64,000 nucleotides of DNA from assembly GCA_977030845.1 (NCBI GenBank), contig OZ365118.1, positions 2,976,001-3,040,000 of the forward strand, written 5' to 3'. Shown one piece after another: positions 36,401 through 50,100 of the stretch. Both the position numbers and the translations under genes were made by a program. This DNA is from Fimbriosthenelais zetlandica. Taxonomy: Eukaryota. Position 1 is the stretch's first letter. The number at the start of each line of letters is the position of its first letter. The notes below the pieces were generated by a model that was given only the letters and a program-made list of their open reading frames with translations, was not told the DNA's origin and did not search any database.

Positions 36401-37331
36401 ACAGCTCTGATATATGATACAATACTTCATGATTTATTGTTGTCACACAGAGGCAATTAAAGCTTGATAATATTTCTATATTTTATTTTCTGACATTAAG
36501 GCCACTGCCATAGGGTGGCCGACATGACAGATAATGGATATTATGACAGATTTAACACATTTCTACTGTATGAAATATCAATAGAATGAGACATGTAAGT
36601 AATGGAATCTGTAGCTATTGAGAACACACGAGTATTACGTGTGATTATCAAATGGTTACATTGGAGGTGTTGGCGAGCAGCTCGCAGTGGCCGGCGAGCT
36701 AATGGTAGCCGCATGAGCTGATAATTCCCATCCTGGCCTATCAGCCAGGGTGGCCTGTAGAACTGTAATGTTTCAATTTGGACCAACAAGGGAGAGTGAT
36801 TTCCCAGTGGACGACCGCGACCAGGGCTCTGGTCATAGTGTCATAGACTTGCCCTGGCAGCCTCTCTCTCCATCTGGGCCGGGCTTCTTTCCCTCCCACT
36901 GCTCCCTCTCAGGGGGATTTGGCGTTATGACTGGCCGCCAAAACCAGCGGGTAAATTGTGATCCCCTTAGGGAGGGAGGCCAGCCTGGAGGATGCACCCC
37001 CCACCCTCTATACCCCAGCCATCTTTTCCTTCTCCCTCCAGTCTGACTGGTATCAAGTGTGTGAATCATGCCCCCGAGGCATGCTGCCTTTGAAGAAATG
37101 CCTCAGAGGATTATGCTCAGAGGCAGCCGGAGGAATCCCTTTTCCCTATCCTCTTCCTCCCACTAGTCTCTGTGCTTGTTGCCACGGCCAGAGTATAAAT
37201 TCACAACATGATGTATACTCTATGGAGAATACACCTAGCACTATAAGCCCTCTAGAATTTATACTCTAGTCCATTCATTCCCTATGTATTACTGCATGGA
37301 TAAGCTGAACAATGTCGGGTTGCCACCGCCC

Positions 37332-37352
37332 TATATATATATATATATATAT
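37332..37352. repeat. (TA)n microsatellite
   Basis: About 10 TA units. Confidence 0.9.
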
Positions 37353-40300
37353 TAATCAAATATTACTGAGTGCCTCTGTGATGTATCTATATTGTGCCCA
37401 CCCATGGTCATTCTATGAAGACTTGGTTAGACAGACTTGGCCATAATGAGGGTAGATATCAATTAGCATTGACACGTGTGGGTAGTGGGCCCACTGCCTG
37501 TGACAATACAGCTTTGTGTCATGGTGATGAGTCCATAGTTGCCAGGTGATGAAGATGGATAGGTGGTCAAGCTGACCACTGCTCACTGGCCTGTCACTTC
37601 TGCTGACCATCCCACACATGCTGCTGGCCTTGAAGTCTGACCTCGAGGCGAGCAGGAGCAGGGAAGAAGGCAACATTTCTTTGTCAAGGCATCTCCCACG
37701 TGACCTTGTTTGTGGCGAGCAGCTCAGTCACGCCCTCAGCATTTCAAGGGTCACTCCATACATATATGTGCATCATAATGTATGGCAAGTGTCAACATCC
37801 ATATACATCACACTGACACGGACATAGGGAACTCTTTTACCCGAGACCGGGGCCGCCTGCCTCGCTAACCTAAGGCCATGCACAATCCTCCACCAAAACT
37901 CTCTACAATTTCCTTTATTGGTCTCAAATCAGGAGCAGAGATTGGATGGTTTGGCAATGAATGCACTTATTCTTATCAATTTCATTGTCTCTAAACCAGA
38001 TGAATGGACTAATGCTTTATAGTTATTTGTGGAGAGTGGTTACTCGCCGTGGGAATGATTCAGGCCTCGGGCTAATATGAAGGATGATGTTTAAGATATG
38101 GGGAAAAATTACTTACAGGAGGAGCGTTTAGAAGTGGATCCTAGAGACATATTCATCTATTTTAGTGTTCCTCCTGGGGAGGATAGCCGGGAAGCTAACT
38201 GCTTCAAGTCGCCACCACTCGGCGAGTGGATGGCCACGGCCGTGCATAAACCCCACATACAATGCTTTGTGTCCGCCAATTAATTTGATTAGTCTATGCT
38301 CTATGATATGCTTAAAATGGCCGGGGAAGAGAAGTGGGTGTGTGTGGTAAGGAATGGGTGAGGGGAGAGTCTGGGATGTCCCTCAGCATCTGGCCTTCCA
38401 TGGAGCAGCCACTGTTTTGTGGACAGTCCTGCCGGCCCAGACCCGTGCCCTGAATGGCAACCGTCAGATCAAGTCTCTTTGATTGGAAAATAAAAAAAAA
38501 CTTGGGGAGGAAGCTGAGACTGGATGTGGAGTGGGCAGTGAGGGGGTTTGGGGGCCTGCTTCTGACACCTGAGAAGGGACAGGTCAGAACAAGACAAACA
38601 TGGCCGACACAGGCACCCCCGACAAACAACCAATCACAAGGCCGATTTTCATTAACTTCTGATGTCTTGCTGCAAGAGAATTGCTGCAGTTTGCAAGCGG
38701 TTAGCTTATTGATTCACTGGTTTCATATTTCACGCCAAGTCCCGCTTCTGTTTGATTATGGAGAAAACCAAGCCTGATCTGGTCGGGATTCTTCCTTTCA
38801 GACTTCCATTACTTTCCTCCCAAACCTCCTTACATGGAACATCGATTAGGTTATATCAGGCGAAATGAATTGTGTCTCTTTGCTTGAGCTTTTTCTCAGC
38901 GCACTTCTTGTCGGTGGGACATAGCAATAATATTAATGTCCATTCTCTTATTGCATTACTCCTGCGGTTTCACCCTCTTGAATAGTTTGAAAGCTGAGGA
39001 CATTGGCAGGGCCTGGGTGCCCTCACTCTGACCCACATTGAGCAATTAGCAACTGCTCAGCATGGAGGATGGCCTGAGCAGCTCATTCAGTTGACATGAG
39101 TCACTGTGTGTAAAATGTAGCTGGAATTCGCTCATTGTATGATATAATCTCATCTGTGTGAATTCAATAATTACACTCATCTGAGTGGGACGCCTTGTAA
39201 TTGATGTAGATTCGATCCTGATTAGAGCTATAAAGATTTATTTAGACTAGGTGTGATTGGGATGGGCTTCCTCCCACTGTCTCCCCTTGCATTAACTAAC
39301 CCAGTCATATTATGATTAAGTCTCATCCAGAAAGCATTCAATATTTTCTCCCCTTTTCCTCCTCGTTGTACTTTTTAAAGAATCTCCTGCAGGTCCAATT
39401 ACAATGAGTGAATGGTATTATGGTGAAGAAGTCGCTGTTATGTAACTGCGGCCCACATGAAGGCGTTTAGCTGAACGTTACGTTGGCCTCGACATTCCTG
39501 GCATTTCAGCATGATGGGATGTTTATCTCTGGCTTGAAAAGACATTGCCTCCTTACAAGATAAGGCTTTATGGCCGTGAGCCAATAATAGGCCCATAATC
39601 ATTTTTCTCATCAAGATTTCTTTTCCCACGAACCAGCCAGATGCCGAGCTGAAATTGTGCCAACCTTTTGAAAACTTCTCAAGAAGTGTTCTAGACGTCA
39701 TTAATGTTTGATGATGGTTTCTTGTTCCCATCGCTGGTAAAAGTGATTGTTTCAATTGGGCACACTAATGGGTGGGGGGGGGGGGGTATACACTACACTG
39801 CATCGACCAGCTGGTTTTATTCACTCAAAATCCCCAAATTCAATGTTTCCTCTCAGGCATTTCTAATCCAATTATCGTGAATATTATGTCACAGGTAATT
39901 GCTCAAAACTGTTCTTTCTCCCAGAATGGTAAAATGGTAAAGGGTGCTCAAAAACACTCCCTGAGTTTTGCCTTTCGAAATTCGCGTAATTAATGGGTCC
40001 ATCCTCGGCCATTTGTTGTCGTGGGAGCCCAGGAAATGCTACAAGAGTGCGCGGGGCGGCCCAATTACTATTGCTGTCACAAATTAAAGACAAGGGGCAA
40101 TGGAGGAGGCTTGGAAGCAGCCAAAATAACAGCCAGCGGCTCGCCCCGGCTTTTGAGAGGCCCGCGCTACTGTTGTGACGGATTCATGGCGCCAATTTAA
40201 GCACCTCTTCTCCCAGAGAGCGACCTGCCCAGTTTTTGACACAGGAAAGGACCATGCATCAAATGGAAAACGGGAGTGGGAATCTATAATTTTCTTGTGT

Positions 40301-40469
40301 CAGAATCAAAAGTCTGTCCAGTGCTGGTAGTGGAAGACAAAATTACCCATAGAGATGGATGTTGTTGGGCTTGCTGCAATAGGACAATTATGTCAAATAA
40401 GGAAGCCTATCTAGGCTTGCCGTGCCCATGGGCAATTCGAGGTCGCAATAACTTTGAGCATTTTAAAAT

Positions 40470-40585
40470 GGGTTGTTGGGGTGGGTAGGAACTAGAGCTG
40501 GTTAAGGGTTGTTGGGGTGGGTTTAGGAACTGGAGTTAACGGTTGTTGGGTTGTTGGAATTCCATCAGTCTAAGGGTTGTTGGTT
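40470..40585. repeat. Degenerate ~36-bp tandem repeat (GGGTTGTTGG core)
   Basis: GGGTTGTTGGGGTGGGT(TT)AGGAACT.GAG repeated 2-3 times. Confidence 0.75.
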
Positions 40586-41678
40586 GGAGCATCCCCCCCC
40601 CCCACTCCCCCCCCCCCCCAGCCATGATCCCTCTTTGTGATTGGCCAACCATCAATATTTCCCACATCATTCATCAAACCAGCCACCAGTCCCAACTGCT
40701 CACAGATTTTGTTGAGCTGCTCGCCCTCTAAGGTTTGTATGTATAAAGGCTCGGTTCCCTCATGATGAGTCGCTATCGATTGCCTCATTTGCAAAACTGA
40801 TTGAGGTCCACGGTCGAAACTTGAATCGGCTAGTATTCCATGATAAAAGAGCCGGCGAGAGATGTCTGTAAAAACACACATATTGATCACATTCTGCCCT
40901 AAATATTGATTTTTTCTCAAAGATTTTATAACATCCACTTGAATTAGGATGCAGACCCGTTTGGTAACGATCCTCAAGTGCATTAGTTAAGTATTGATGA
41001 AAATGTATTCATCAAAGTGTAAAGTCCAGGGTAATTAGAGTTGAAGTACACATATTAATTACTGGTAATTATTTTGGCCCCATGTGAAGTGCTTTCCTGT
41101 GTTATTCGCCTGGATGTAAAAATGGGAGGATTTCTTTTCTCGCTATCGCTTGGTCTACTTTTTGCCTCGCAGCTTCTTTTGGTCCTGATAGCAGGAAATC
41201 AATAGCAGTAATTTCATTTACCAGCCTGACATGGATTCATTCCAAATTAAAATAAATTAAGCAGATTAGAGCTCCAGGCAAAGGTCGCCCACAATTCATC
41301 CCGGCAAAAAATAGATTAGCATTTAATTGAGGAGCTGCTGGGTGGTGCCCAGTACAAACCATTTGTGATAGGAGCAGAGCAAAGTCTTGGAGTTTTATTT
41401 TGAGTGTGAAGCTAACACCTCTTTGCTGCTCTCCTTCCATCCTAACCCCGGTCCAGGAGAATGCGTCTAACAGCAGACTGACACGAACTGGCCTCATTAC
41501 ACCCGGCCAGCCACCCCACTACCTGTCCTTAATTGCCTGGATGATTCCCAGACCACAAACTGTCCTCTCAAGATTAAAAACACAGCCAGGTGGCAGTGTC
41601 TGTCTGTCTCAAATCACTCCCTCTCACGCCCTCCTCCCTCAAGATGATCCCAACCCTGCCGAATGAATCTATTTAAAA

Positions 41679-41860
41679 TCATTCATCTTGACTGAATTAT
41701 ATAAATCCTTCAAGATCTGGACTCCTGTCTGTCTCTGCTCTTATAAGTATATATTTTGAATTATGTCTTATTATCATTCATCTTGACTGAATTATCTCAA
41801 TCATTCAAGATCTGCATTTATCTTTTGTCTTATAAATAAGTATCTCTTCTCTGTTATGTC
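41679..41860. repeat. Diverged ~95-bp tandem duplication
   Basis: TCATTCATCTTGACTGAATTAT...TTCAAGATCT at 41679-41718 and 41774-41813, with weaker similarity continuing. Confidence 0.75.
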
Positions 41861-44800
41861 TTAAAGGTTCGTCTGATAAAAACCTGATAGAAATCTTAAT
41901 CCCACAGAACATGAAGAAACCTGAATATAAAGACATAGACTCCTGGGGCTTTATTCCCGTTATGTTCAGGGACTTATAGGTTTCTTTGCTGATGAGTTCC
42001 CCACCCAGCGTCCCACAAAAGCATAGCGCTTGAGGAGAGAAATTAATTAACATAAAGAGCTAATCTCTCATTACCACCTGAGGCGGTATAAATGCTACTT
42101 CCCGGGCCTGGCAGTCTACTCACTGCGCCCCTGTCCTCACGTTCAATGAGGCCCCAGGCCAGTAAGAATCTGCCTTCACCTTCCCCTGAATTATTACTCC
42201 TGCTACTGGAGGACTGCTCATTAATAAATACACCAGCTCTGTTTTCATTTCTTTCCTTCAACAAAGCCAAACAGGATAAGATAGCAAACTGTTATACCAT
42301 TGAGGCCACGTGACACTTTAATCCCTTTATATGCTCTACATTGCACTGTTCACCAATCCGCTTGAAGGTTGGGTATATTCTGTTCACCAAACGGAATTCA
42401 ATTACATCTCAAAGTGTTCTCTGTCAACACTGCCATATTGGGAAATAATTGCCTTACGAGCAAGCGATCCCTCTCAAGGGGAGGCGTTCGAATTTGTTTA
42501 CCCCAACAGACTATACTTTATTATATCTATTGCGTTGTAATTTTTTTACATGAGGTGTTTTACATGGTGGTGATTCAGTAGAGCTAACCATCTTATTTGG
42601 CCAGTGTCATTGTGCTGGGGATTGCTACTTTCACACTTAACTGAGCCTGGCCACCTCTCTGAGTTACTCTGAGCAGGTCGTGTTTGCTGTGAGAGCTGCT
42701 CGCCCCCCCTGGCGCCAGTCAGACCCGTGAAGGTGTTTCCGCCCGGGGTCGACTCTTCACACCCCATCTCCCTGACCTCTATCTTGACCTTTACTGACCA
42801 CTAGGGTCACCTTCCGCCGCCAGGGGGCTTTAACTGGACATCCATTGTCACCTGACCCCCTGGGGGGAGAATATTTTTTCTCACGCCTGCATTGATTTAG
42901 AAAGCTAATGATTGAGGCTATGCAGGCCTCAATGATGTGTCCCTGGCCTCCCGGAGCCTCCGAGACTAACTCTTCAACTCCTCTCACTTCCCCCTTCTCC
43001 TCCTCTCACTTCCCTCTTCTCCCTTTGTTAACTCAAAGACAAATATTGGAAATCCCTTAAAACACATAATCAATTTGTGAGGATACAAACACACAGTTTC
43101 GTCTTGCCAATATTTATAGTGCTGCCGTGAAGGTTTAGTCGCACGTTATTAAGAGATGTAACAGGGACTTGTATTATCCAGTATTATGTTACTTTAAGGT
43201 TTAGTAAGCTTTGTAGTATTGTAATTGTCTGCCTTTTAAGAGGCTTTGATTAAGATCTCTTTAAACTCAAACCCATCTAATGTATCCATTTTGTTTTTGA
43301 ACTTTACTTCCAAGACAAATCTATTTCTTATATGAGGAAATGATCTAAAAATAACCCGGTTATCCCGAAAATGTACCAAATTATGAGCTTATTGGTGATA
43401 ACGGTGATTGAGCTAGTGAAATGAGCTGCTCAAACCTTGAAATGAGCGACCCGAGGCCGGGATTTACTCGTCGCTTACTCATTTCCCACTTCCCCCGCTC
43501 TGAGCGCCCGGGGACACAATGCCTCTGTCTCCCTGAATGAGGAGTAACAGGTAGTTGTGATTAAATTGGAGCTGATTTTTCAAAGGCTCGCCTCGCCGAC
43601 TCTAGATGGGTGTGAAATGTTGCCAGTCGCCCGCGGCATATTTCACTGGATATGGGGTAAGAGTTACTGGGAAATGAAGCATCACAGCACTCCTGACAAA
43701 AAGGCACAATTGACTTTAGCTGAGTAGCCTGAAAAATTAGATTAGATGAAAAAAATACTTTGTGCCTGGTCTGGCATTGTGTTGTGGAGAGATTGGAGCT
43801 TGGATGGTTCTCTTTTATCCTACAATCAAGGCTGTTTCCACCAAGAAAATACTTAACACGTCATTGATCTTGGAGAGGGAAAGGGGGATGTTGCTTATCT
43901 CAGAGCTAGAAGGATCCATGGCGTGAAGCGGGGGTATACTTTCATGATCACCACCTCCACAAAGAATGCTATTAGACTGGAGAAGATGCGAGATGAGATT
44001 TACTGAAGAAGATGCTTAATGTTCACAACTAAATTACACCCGGTAAATTGACTTGAAATCGAAGACGAGATTAAACCAATTGCATTGAGCAGACGAGCTT
44101 AGACTTGTAATGACCAAGTTTTTGCTCCTCCCAAATCAGGCTCACTTATTGCTGGTCGTAGACTGCTGATTCAGATGTCCCTTTTTGAAATGGTAGACAT
44201 CATGACTTTGAATCAATATACTACCTTGATGATAACGCCCCAGCCTGCCCCAAAGTGCCCCGAACAAAGGGCAATGTCGTTTGTTATTAATAAAAATGGC
44301 CAGGGAAACTTTGGCCATGGATTGCCATCCATTTTTGTTTGGGTTGAAATGTGGCTTCCATTTTCAGCAGGCCTAGTGGTGCAGACACCAGCAGCCAAGT
44401 CCTCAGCAAATACTCGTTGCGGGACGGTAATTGACAAACTCAAATTGATGGATTCTTCTGCTGGCGATTTAATTGAAATGGAAGATAATTTGTAGGCAAG
44501 AATGCAGCCATGGAAGGCTTGTATTCCTTCACCGTTTTCGCTGATGTGCGATTCGTTGAACTCCTTATTGATGGTGGTTCACATAATTGTGACGGATGCG
44601 ACAAAGCATAGAAGCCACAAATGAAGCCACTTGGCTGAAGGTGAAGGTAGAGACGGGGGCTGAATGCCGAGTGTGGCTGCGGCCAGTGGCTTCCAACCCC
44701 GGCACCGATCATGCTCAAGAGTTATGTTTACTTATCATCGATTCTCGGGGTCTTCTTCATTAAGACCAGCCCCGGGAGCCACCAATACCTCTTGGAGTCT

Positions 44801-46170
44801 TCTGATTCAGATGTCGAGGCTGATGGAGTTGGATGAGGGGGTAGGAGATGGTAGCAGCAGCAGGCCCTAATCCTGTCCTGCCTTCCATCACTCCGCCCAT
44901 TCATACTCATCCCTCCCTCACACAGAAACAAACTGCAGGGTGGAAAAAAATCACCCAAGAAAATGAATTTGAAATCGAAATTAGGAGAGGGGGTTTCTCC
45001 TTATAAAAAGAAGCATTCCAATTGAAGTGGGTTTCATTGGTAAAATCTCCCTTCTTCAGGTGTCATAATTCAGACTACAGTTATCGATAACAGGCCATAT
45101 TGCCTCCTTAATCTGGAAAAAAGCCCCCGTTTCCAGAGTGAAGCTGAATGGGGGGAGAATTCCTGCCGCACTTTCCATAAATACCCGCTCCTGGACAGAA
45201 CCATCAATTTTGCTTACAGTAAGTTACATGGCAGATGATTTTGGCCGCCGTGACGATTTGTTTGGCAGTGTGGGAGCCTCTATGTGGGAGAATTACGTCA
45301 TTTGGCGGCCAGTGGGCATATTTAAAACGTCCCCTGTAGCTAGAGTCTTACAAAAGAGAGATAGACAGTGATCTTACCGGGAACAAATTATAGCCGTGAA
45401 TGGCATGAAAGCCCCGGCTGCCAGCTCAGGCTTTTCATCCGCACACGATTATTGACATCAGCAACAGAGAAAAATATGTAGATGTAGGAGGATCAATGGT
45501 GGAAGTGGGCCTCCCCACGGGGGGTGGCCTGGCTGATCAATGGCTGAAGACACAGACACACACGTTAGGCCTGTCAAAACCATGAAATAACCTAAATATC
45601 TCACTCAAACTTCACACATACTTGATAAGCTTAAAATGCATTGATTCGGGTTCGCATTTCTAATTAAGTTTTTCTTTGGATCTCTGACTAAGATAGGATA
45701 GAAGGAGATGAGAGAGAAGTCTGTGTTTGTGTGGAAATTAGTAGCTTTCATATCGAATCTCTAATCAAGGGGAGAGAATTTAACGCTTCGGTTCCACTAC
45801 TATTCACATTTGTCAACACTTCATTAAGGATATTTTGAATTATGCACGAAGGGGTCAATTATCAATGATTTTCTTGCCAAAAGATTGGGGAATAGTAGGC
45901 TATGCATGCTTGCACGGTGGAAAGCACGTTAAGGCTTCACCATACAGTATCAAGCTTAAAGGATGGCCGAGGTAGGCCCGAGGACGAGGCTTTAGGAGGG
46001 CAGGGAGGTGGAAATAATGAGAGGCCTCGGTGGCCTCCAGTAATGAGAGCCACCATTCATCTCACCTCACCCTCCCACACTCCAACCAGGTATTAAGTGG
46101 GTAATTCCTACAGATAATCCTCCTTACCCATTCACTGGCTGGCCTGCTTCTACCCGATGCTTCCTTCCCC

Positions 46171-46453
46171 ATAATACCCGCAAACTACCCCCAGTCCCTC
46201 CCAATACCCACAAACTACCCCCAGTCCCTCCCAATACCCACAAACTACCCCCAGTCCCTCCCAATACCCACAAACTACCCCCAGTCCCTCCCAATACCCG
46301 CAAACTACCCCCAGTCCCTCCCAATACCCACAAACTACCCCCAGTCCCTCCCAATACCCGCAAATTACCCCCAGTCCCTCCCAATACCCACAAACTACCC
46401 CCAGTCCCTCCCAATACCCACAAACTACCCCCAGTCCCTCCCAATACCCACAA
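46171..46453. repeat. 30-bp minisatellite, 9 full copies plus a partial
   Basis: CCAATACCC(A/G)CAAACTACCCCCAGTCCCTC, near-identical copies, no spacers. Confidence 0.96.
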
Positions 46454-46884
46454 CCCTTCCTGGTGGGCCCTGCCATCCAGCAGATGCACAAAAATCCAGT
46501 GTTGGGACCACATTGACCTACCAACCATGATTACTTCCCATTGCCTCAGTATCTGATTTTTAATATGAACTTTTACTATAAAGTGCCGTGGAACATATTC
46601 ATCAGCACTCCATTATCATCTAATGGGCCTCGAGGGAAGCCTAGATGCTTTATACAAGCTCCTAGTTACCGGAGAAGAATATTAATATCCCTGTGGGCTT
46701 GGTATTAGTTTTCTGTGTTGGATTAATATTGTTGGAACCCTTTGGTTGCTTAATATCAATGGCACAAGGCTCCGCTTTCACATGGGTCTTAGATATAATG
46801 GGGTTTAAGCCAGGATCAGTAAGTGATAGCTTTAGAGAAATAAAGCTGGAATATTTAATCTGGAATGTTCGATACCTTGCATGG

Positions 46885-46967
46885 TGATTATATTTATGTA
46901 GCTGTAATTATATTTATATAGATATGATTATATTTATATAGATATGATTATATTTATATAGCTGTAA
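46885..46967. repeat. 20-bp AT-rich tandem repeat x4
   Basis: GATTATATTTATATAGATAT and variants. Confidence 0.85.
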
Positions 46968-49829
46968 AGTATATTCATGTAGATTTGTACCTGTGTCGAT
47001 CAGACACTGTCTGCAGTTCAGTTATCCCCAATACGTCCACCTCCTTCAGTCGATACGGCCCTAAAACGGTCACATTTGTCTGGACTTATGTTGGATATAC
47101 TCCCCTAAAGCGATCACTTCCATATAGAGTCCAAACTGTGGTCACATTAGGGAATCACTTTTTCTCTAACTGAATTTAACTGGAGACTGCTCGCATCTAG
47201 CTTAAGACACTGCGGGGATGCGGCTCCGGTAATACACATATTCAATGAGGGATTAGTCGTTTTTGTATTACCTGCATATTGGGACTTAGAGGCCCTCAGT
47301 ATAAAATAGAAGCCTGTCAGAATGAAAGATGGCCTCAGCAAGAAGCTTGAATATCCAAGTGTGTATTACCCATGTAGGCACAATGCTGATAGACTCTGCC
47401 TTCTCTATAATGAAACGCCCCATGAGTAATTGGACACCCTTACACACGGCCCTGCCATGGAGGATAGGAGAGAGAGAAGAGGCAGATATCTAGAATATTT
47501 ATGATAGACTAATTCCTCTTTAGCTGGCAAAACTTGAAAATGGCCTGGCATTTAGTCGGGGGGAGATTGCCTCCATCGTTTGGGAGGCAGGATGCGCCCC
47601 CGCTTGCTATAAGCTGTCGAGTTACATAATTTATTGTGGCGGGGGAAAAGACACCGAAAAGAAGTGCAGCAGGCAAGGATTGATAGAGATTTGATAGTGT
47701 CATGGCGGCCTGTCACAAGGAGCGATCTGACTTTATTATCATAACGACAAGAGAGTGGCATCTGGACGGGGGGGCCCTGCTCCCCAGACACACTAAACTC
47801 CCAACCCTGCAAAAAAACACTGAACTTATACTGAAAACACCTCATACATGAATTAGATGAAACATTGAGCTACAATACACCGAGATGGTGGCCATCAACT
47901 CTCCTTGTCTTATTATTACATCTTATTATGACAGATTCCGTGCATGGAGTGCATTCTGAAAACCAAATATCCAAAGCAAGTACATTGTAAATGTTGAAAA
48001 ACAAACTTGAAGTGCAGATTTGGCATTGTTTATCCTTCAATAGTTGATGTCATGAAGGAATTGTCATCCTTCTCGGATGGTCTGGCCAATGGATGAACCA
48101 ATACAATATTTCATCCAAGCGAGCTGATAAAGGCCTAGAACATAACACAAAAATATGACCCCCGCGTGGTTTCCGGTCTGATTACAATACCCTGTTATCT
48201 TCCACGCCACCTCCCGCCTATAACGTGAACTGACCATTGTTTCCTCGTACGAGTTACCCCCTGTCCGATTAGAGCCCTATTTAGTGTGTTCTCACTCGGA
48301 CCCCTTGACACTGGGTGCTCTGAGACCACAAGGTCTCCCACCCCCGAGGGTGCATCTCACCATTTGATTTGCCCCCTCTCATTCCCCGCTGCCCCCAAAT
48401 ACCACCAAACATCATTTTCCACTCGGCCTTGCACCCACTATCTTGCCTATTATTTTCTCAGGTTGGATGGGTGGGGTGTGAGGGTTGGTCGGCGTTTTTT
48501 CTGGGTGTGGCCGGGCTGTGCGTCACTTGGCCCTAGGACTATCATTAATACTAGTAGTTGACTCACTTATCTCTGCCTTTATGATGCCTTCAGGTCATAA
48601 CCAAGGCACTGCGGGATTGGTCATTGCCTCTGGCTACACAAGACTACGGGAGATATGGATTCCACATGGTCTTATCTATCTCTAGACCTGGTCACCTTCA
48701 CAATACCATCTCTCATATGCCACTCGGTACAAAAAACATCCGACTTTTGACTAAATCTGACTTTCATTCATAATAGCTCCTTGTTTCAAAACCACTTTTG
48801 ATGTTAAAAGAAGACCCATTGAGGAAATGCCACTGGGTACAAAGATCATTTGACTATATAATCACCCATAGTGTGCTACTTGTTTCAAAGCCACTTCTGA
48901 GGCACAAAATACCCATTGATATTGTTTGAGTGAATTGATTTTTTTAATAATAGAAAAGTGTTATTTTATATGGGGTGAAACCCTTGTCATATAAAGGTGT
49001 GTGTTTTAGTATTGCTTTGTGCCATCAGGGGGTAATATGAGACGTTTTTTCACCTGACATTGTCTCCTCACACATACAGGTACACCCTGTATGATCAGGT
49101 ATTAATGGTTGATGATATAAGGGTATAGAGGTATCAGAACATCAATCAGCTGCCTCTCATATCATCCTTGTATTTCCTCCACCTCTCACTCTCTATATCT
49201 ATGTCAAGGTCAGCCTGTTGGCTTCACAAAGAAGCTACAAGCAGGGATGCTCCATCTAAAGTGCTTATAGTGATCATGGCCTTGTTACAGTATAAACTCT
49301 AAGTGTAACCCATTTGTGGGTCGTTTTTCAAAAGAAAAAACCCAGTATAATGCTTATTTCTGTGTTAGATTGGCTTGAAAATATTGTTTGCGCTTTTACC
49401 GGTGGAGGGTTATTATCTGCTTAGGACGCCATATTGATTGATAATCTGTCGGCCGCGGGATATAACCCTTCAGCGCACGTCCAGATATTAAATCATTGAC
49501 GCCGACTAAATGCGCCTGAGGGATGGTTCAAATGCAATACGGCGGCGAGGTGAATTGGCAGGGCGTGCAAAGAAGATGACTTCTAAGTTGGCTTTGAGGA
49601 AGAAAGAACGTCAATTAGAGGTGTAAATTAGGCGGGACATTGATCTGTGATACAGGCAGTGGGAAAGGTGACGGGGGGAGGGCGGATGTCTGATGTCCTT
49701 ACTCACTCCATCTTATATCTTCTCTCACCATCTTCTTTCCATTTGCTCTTTATTTCTCTCATTTCTGTAGCTCCTATCTAACCCTCAGTCATCTCTCCCT
49801 GTTGCCTGTCCTTCCCTCTGTCCCTCATT

Positions 49830-50100
49830 TCTCCCCATCTCTCCCTTTTCTCTCTCTTTCTATATATCTATCTGTTCTCTATCTTTCTTCTCTCTCCCTT
49901 CTCTATCTCTCTTCTCTATCTCTCTTCTCTATCTCTCTTCTCTCCCTTCTTTTCTCTCTTCTCTTTCTCTATCTCTTCTATCTCTATCTCTTCTATCTCT
50001 CTCTCCTATGTCCATTCATATGGTCACTTATTCCGCCTCTACCTCATCCCTCCCTCCCTCTATCCCTTTCCCTCCCCCCCCCCCCCTCCCTCTCTCCCAC
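49830..50100. repeat. Polypyrimidine (CT/CTAT)-type low-complexity tract
   Basis: About 200-270 nt of CTCTATCTCTTCT-like sequence ending in C runs. Confidence 0.9.

Noticed and set aside
26171-41234. GCCTGACATGG occurring three times
   Set aside because: Several 11-mer triples are expected by chance, and the flanks are unrelated.
46124-46528. Periodic ORFs (SLWVLGGTGG)n and (VVCGYWEGLG)n
   Set aside because: Artefacts of a 30-bp (10-codon) tandem repeat that is open in several frames.
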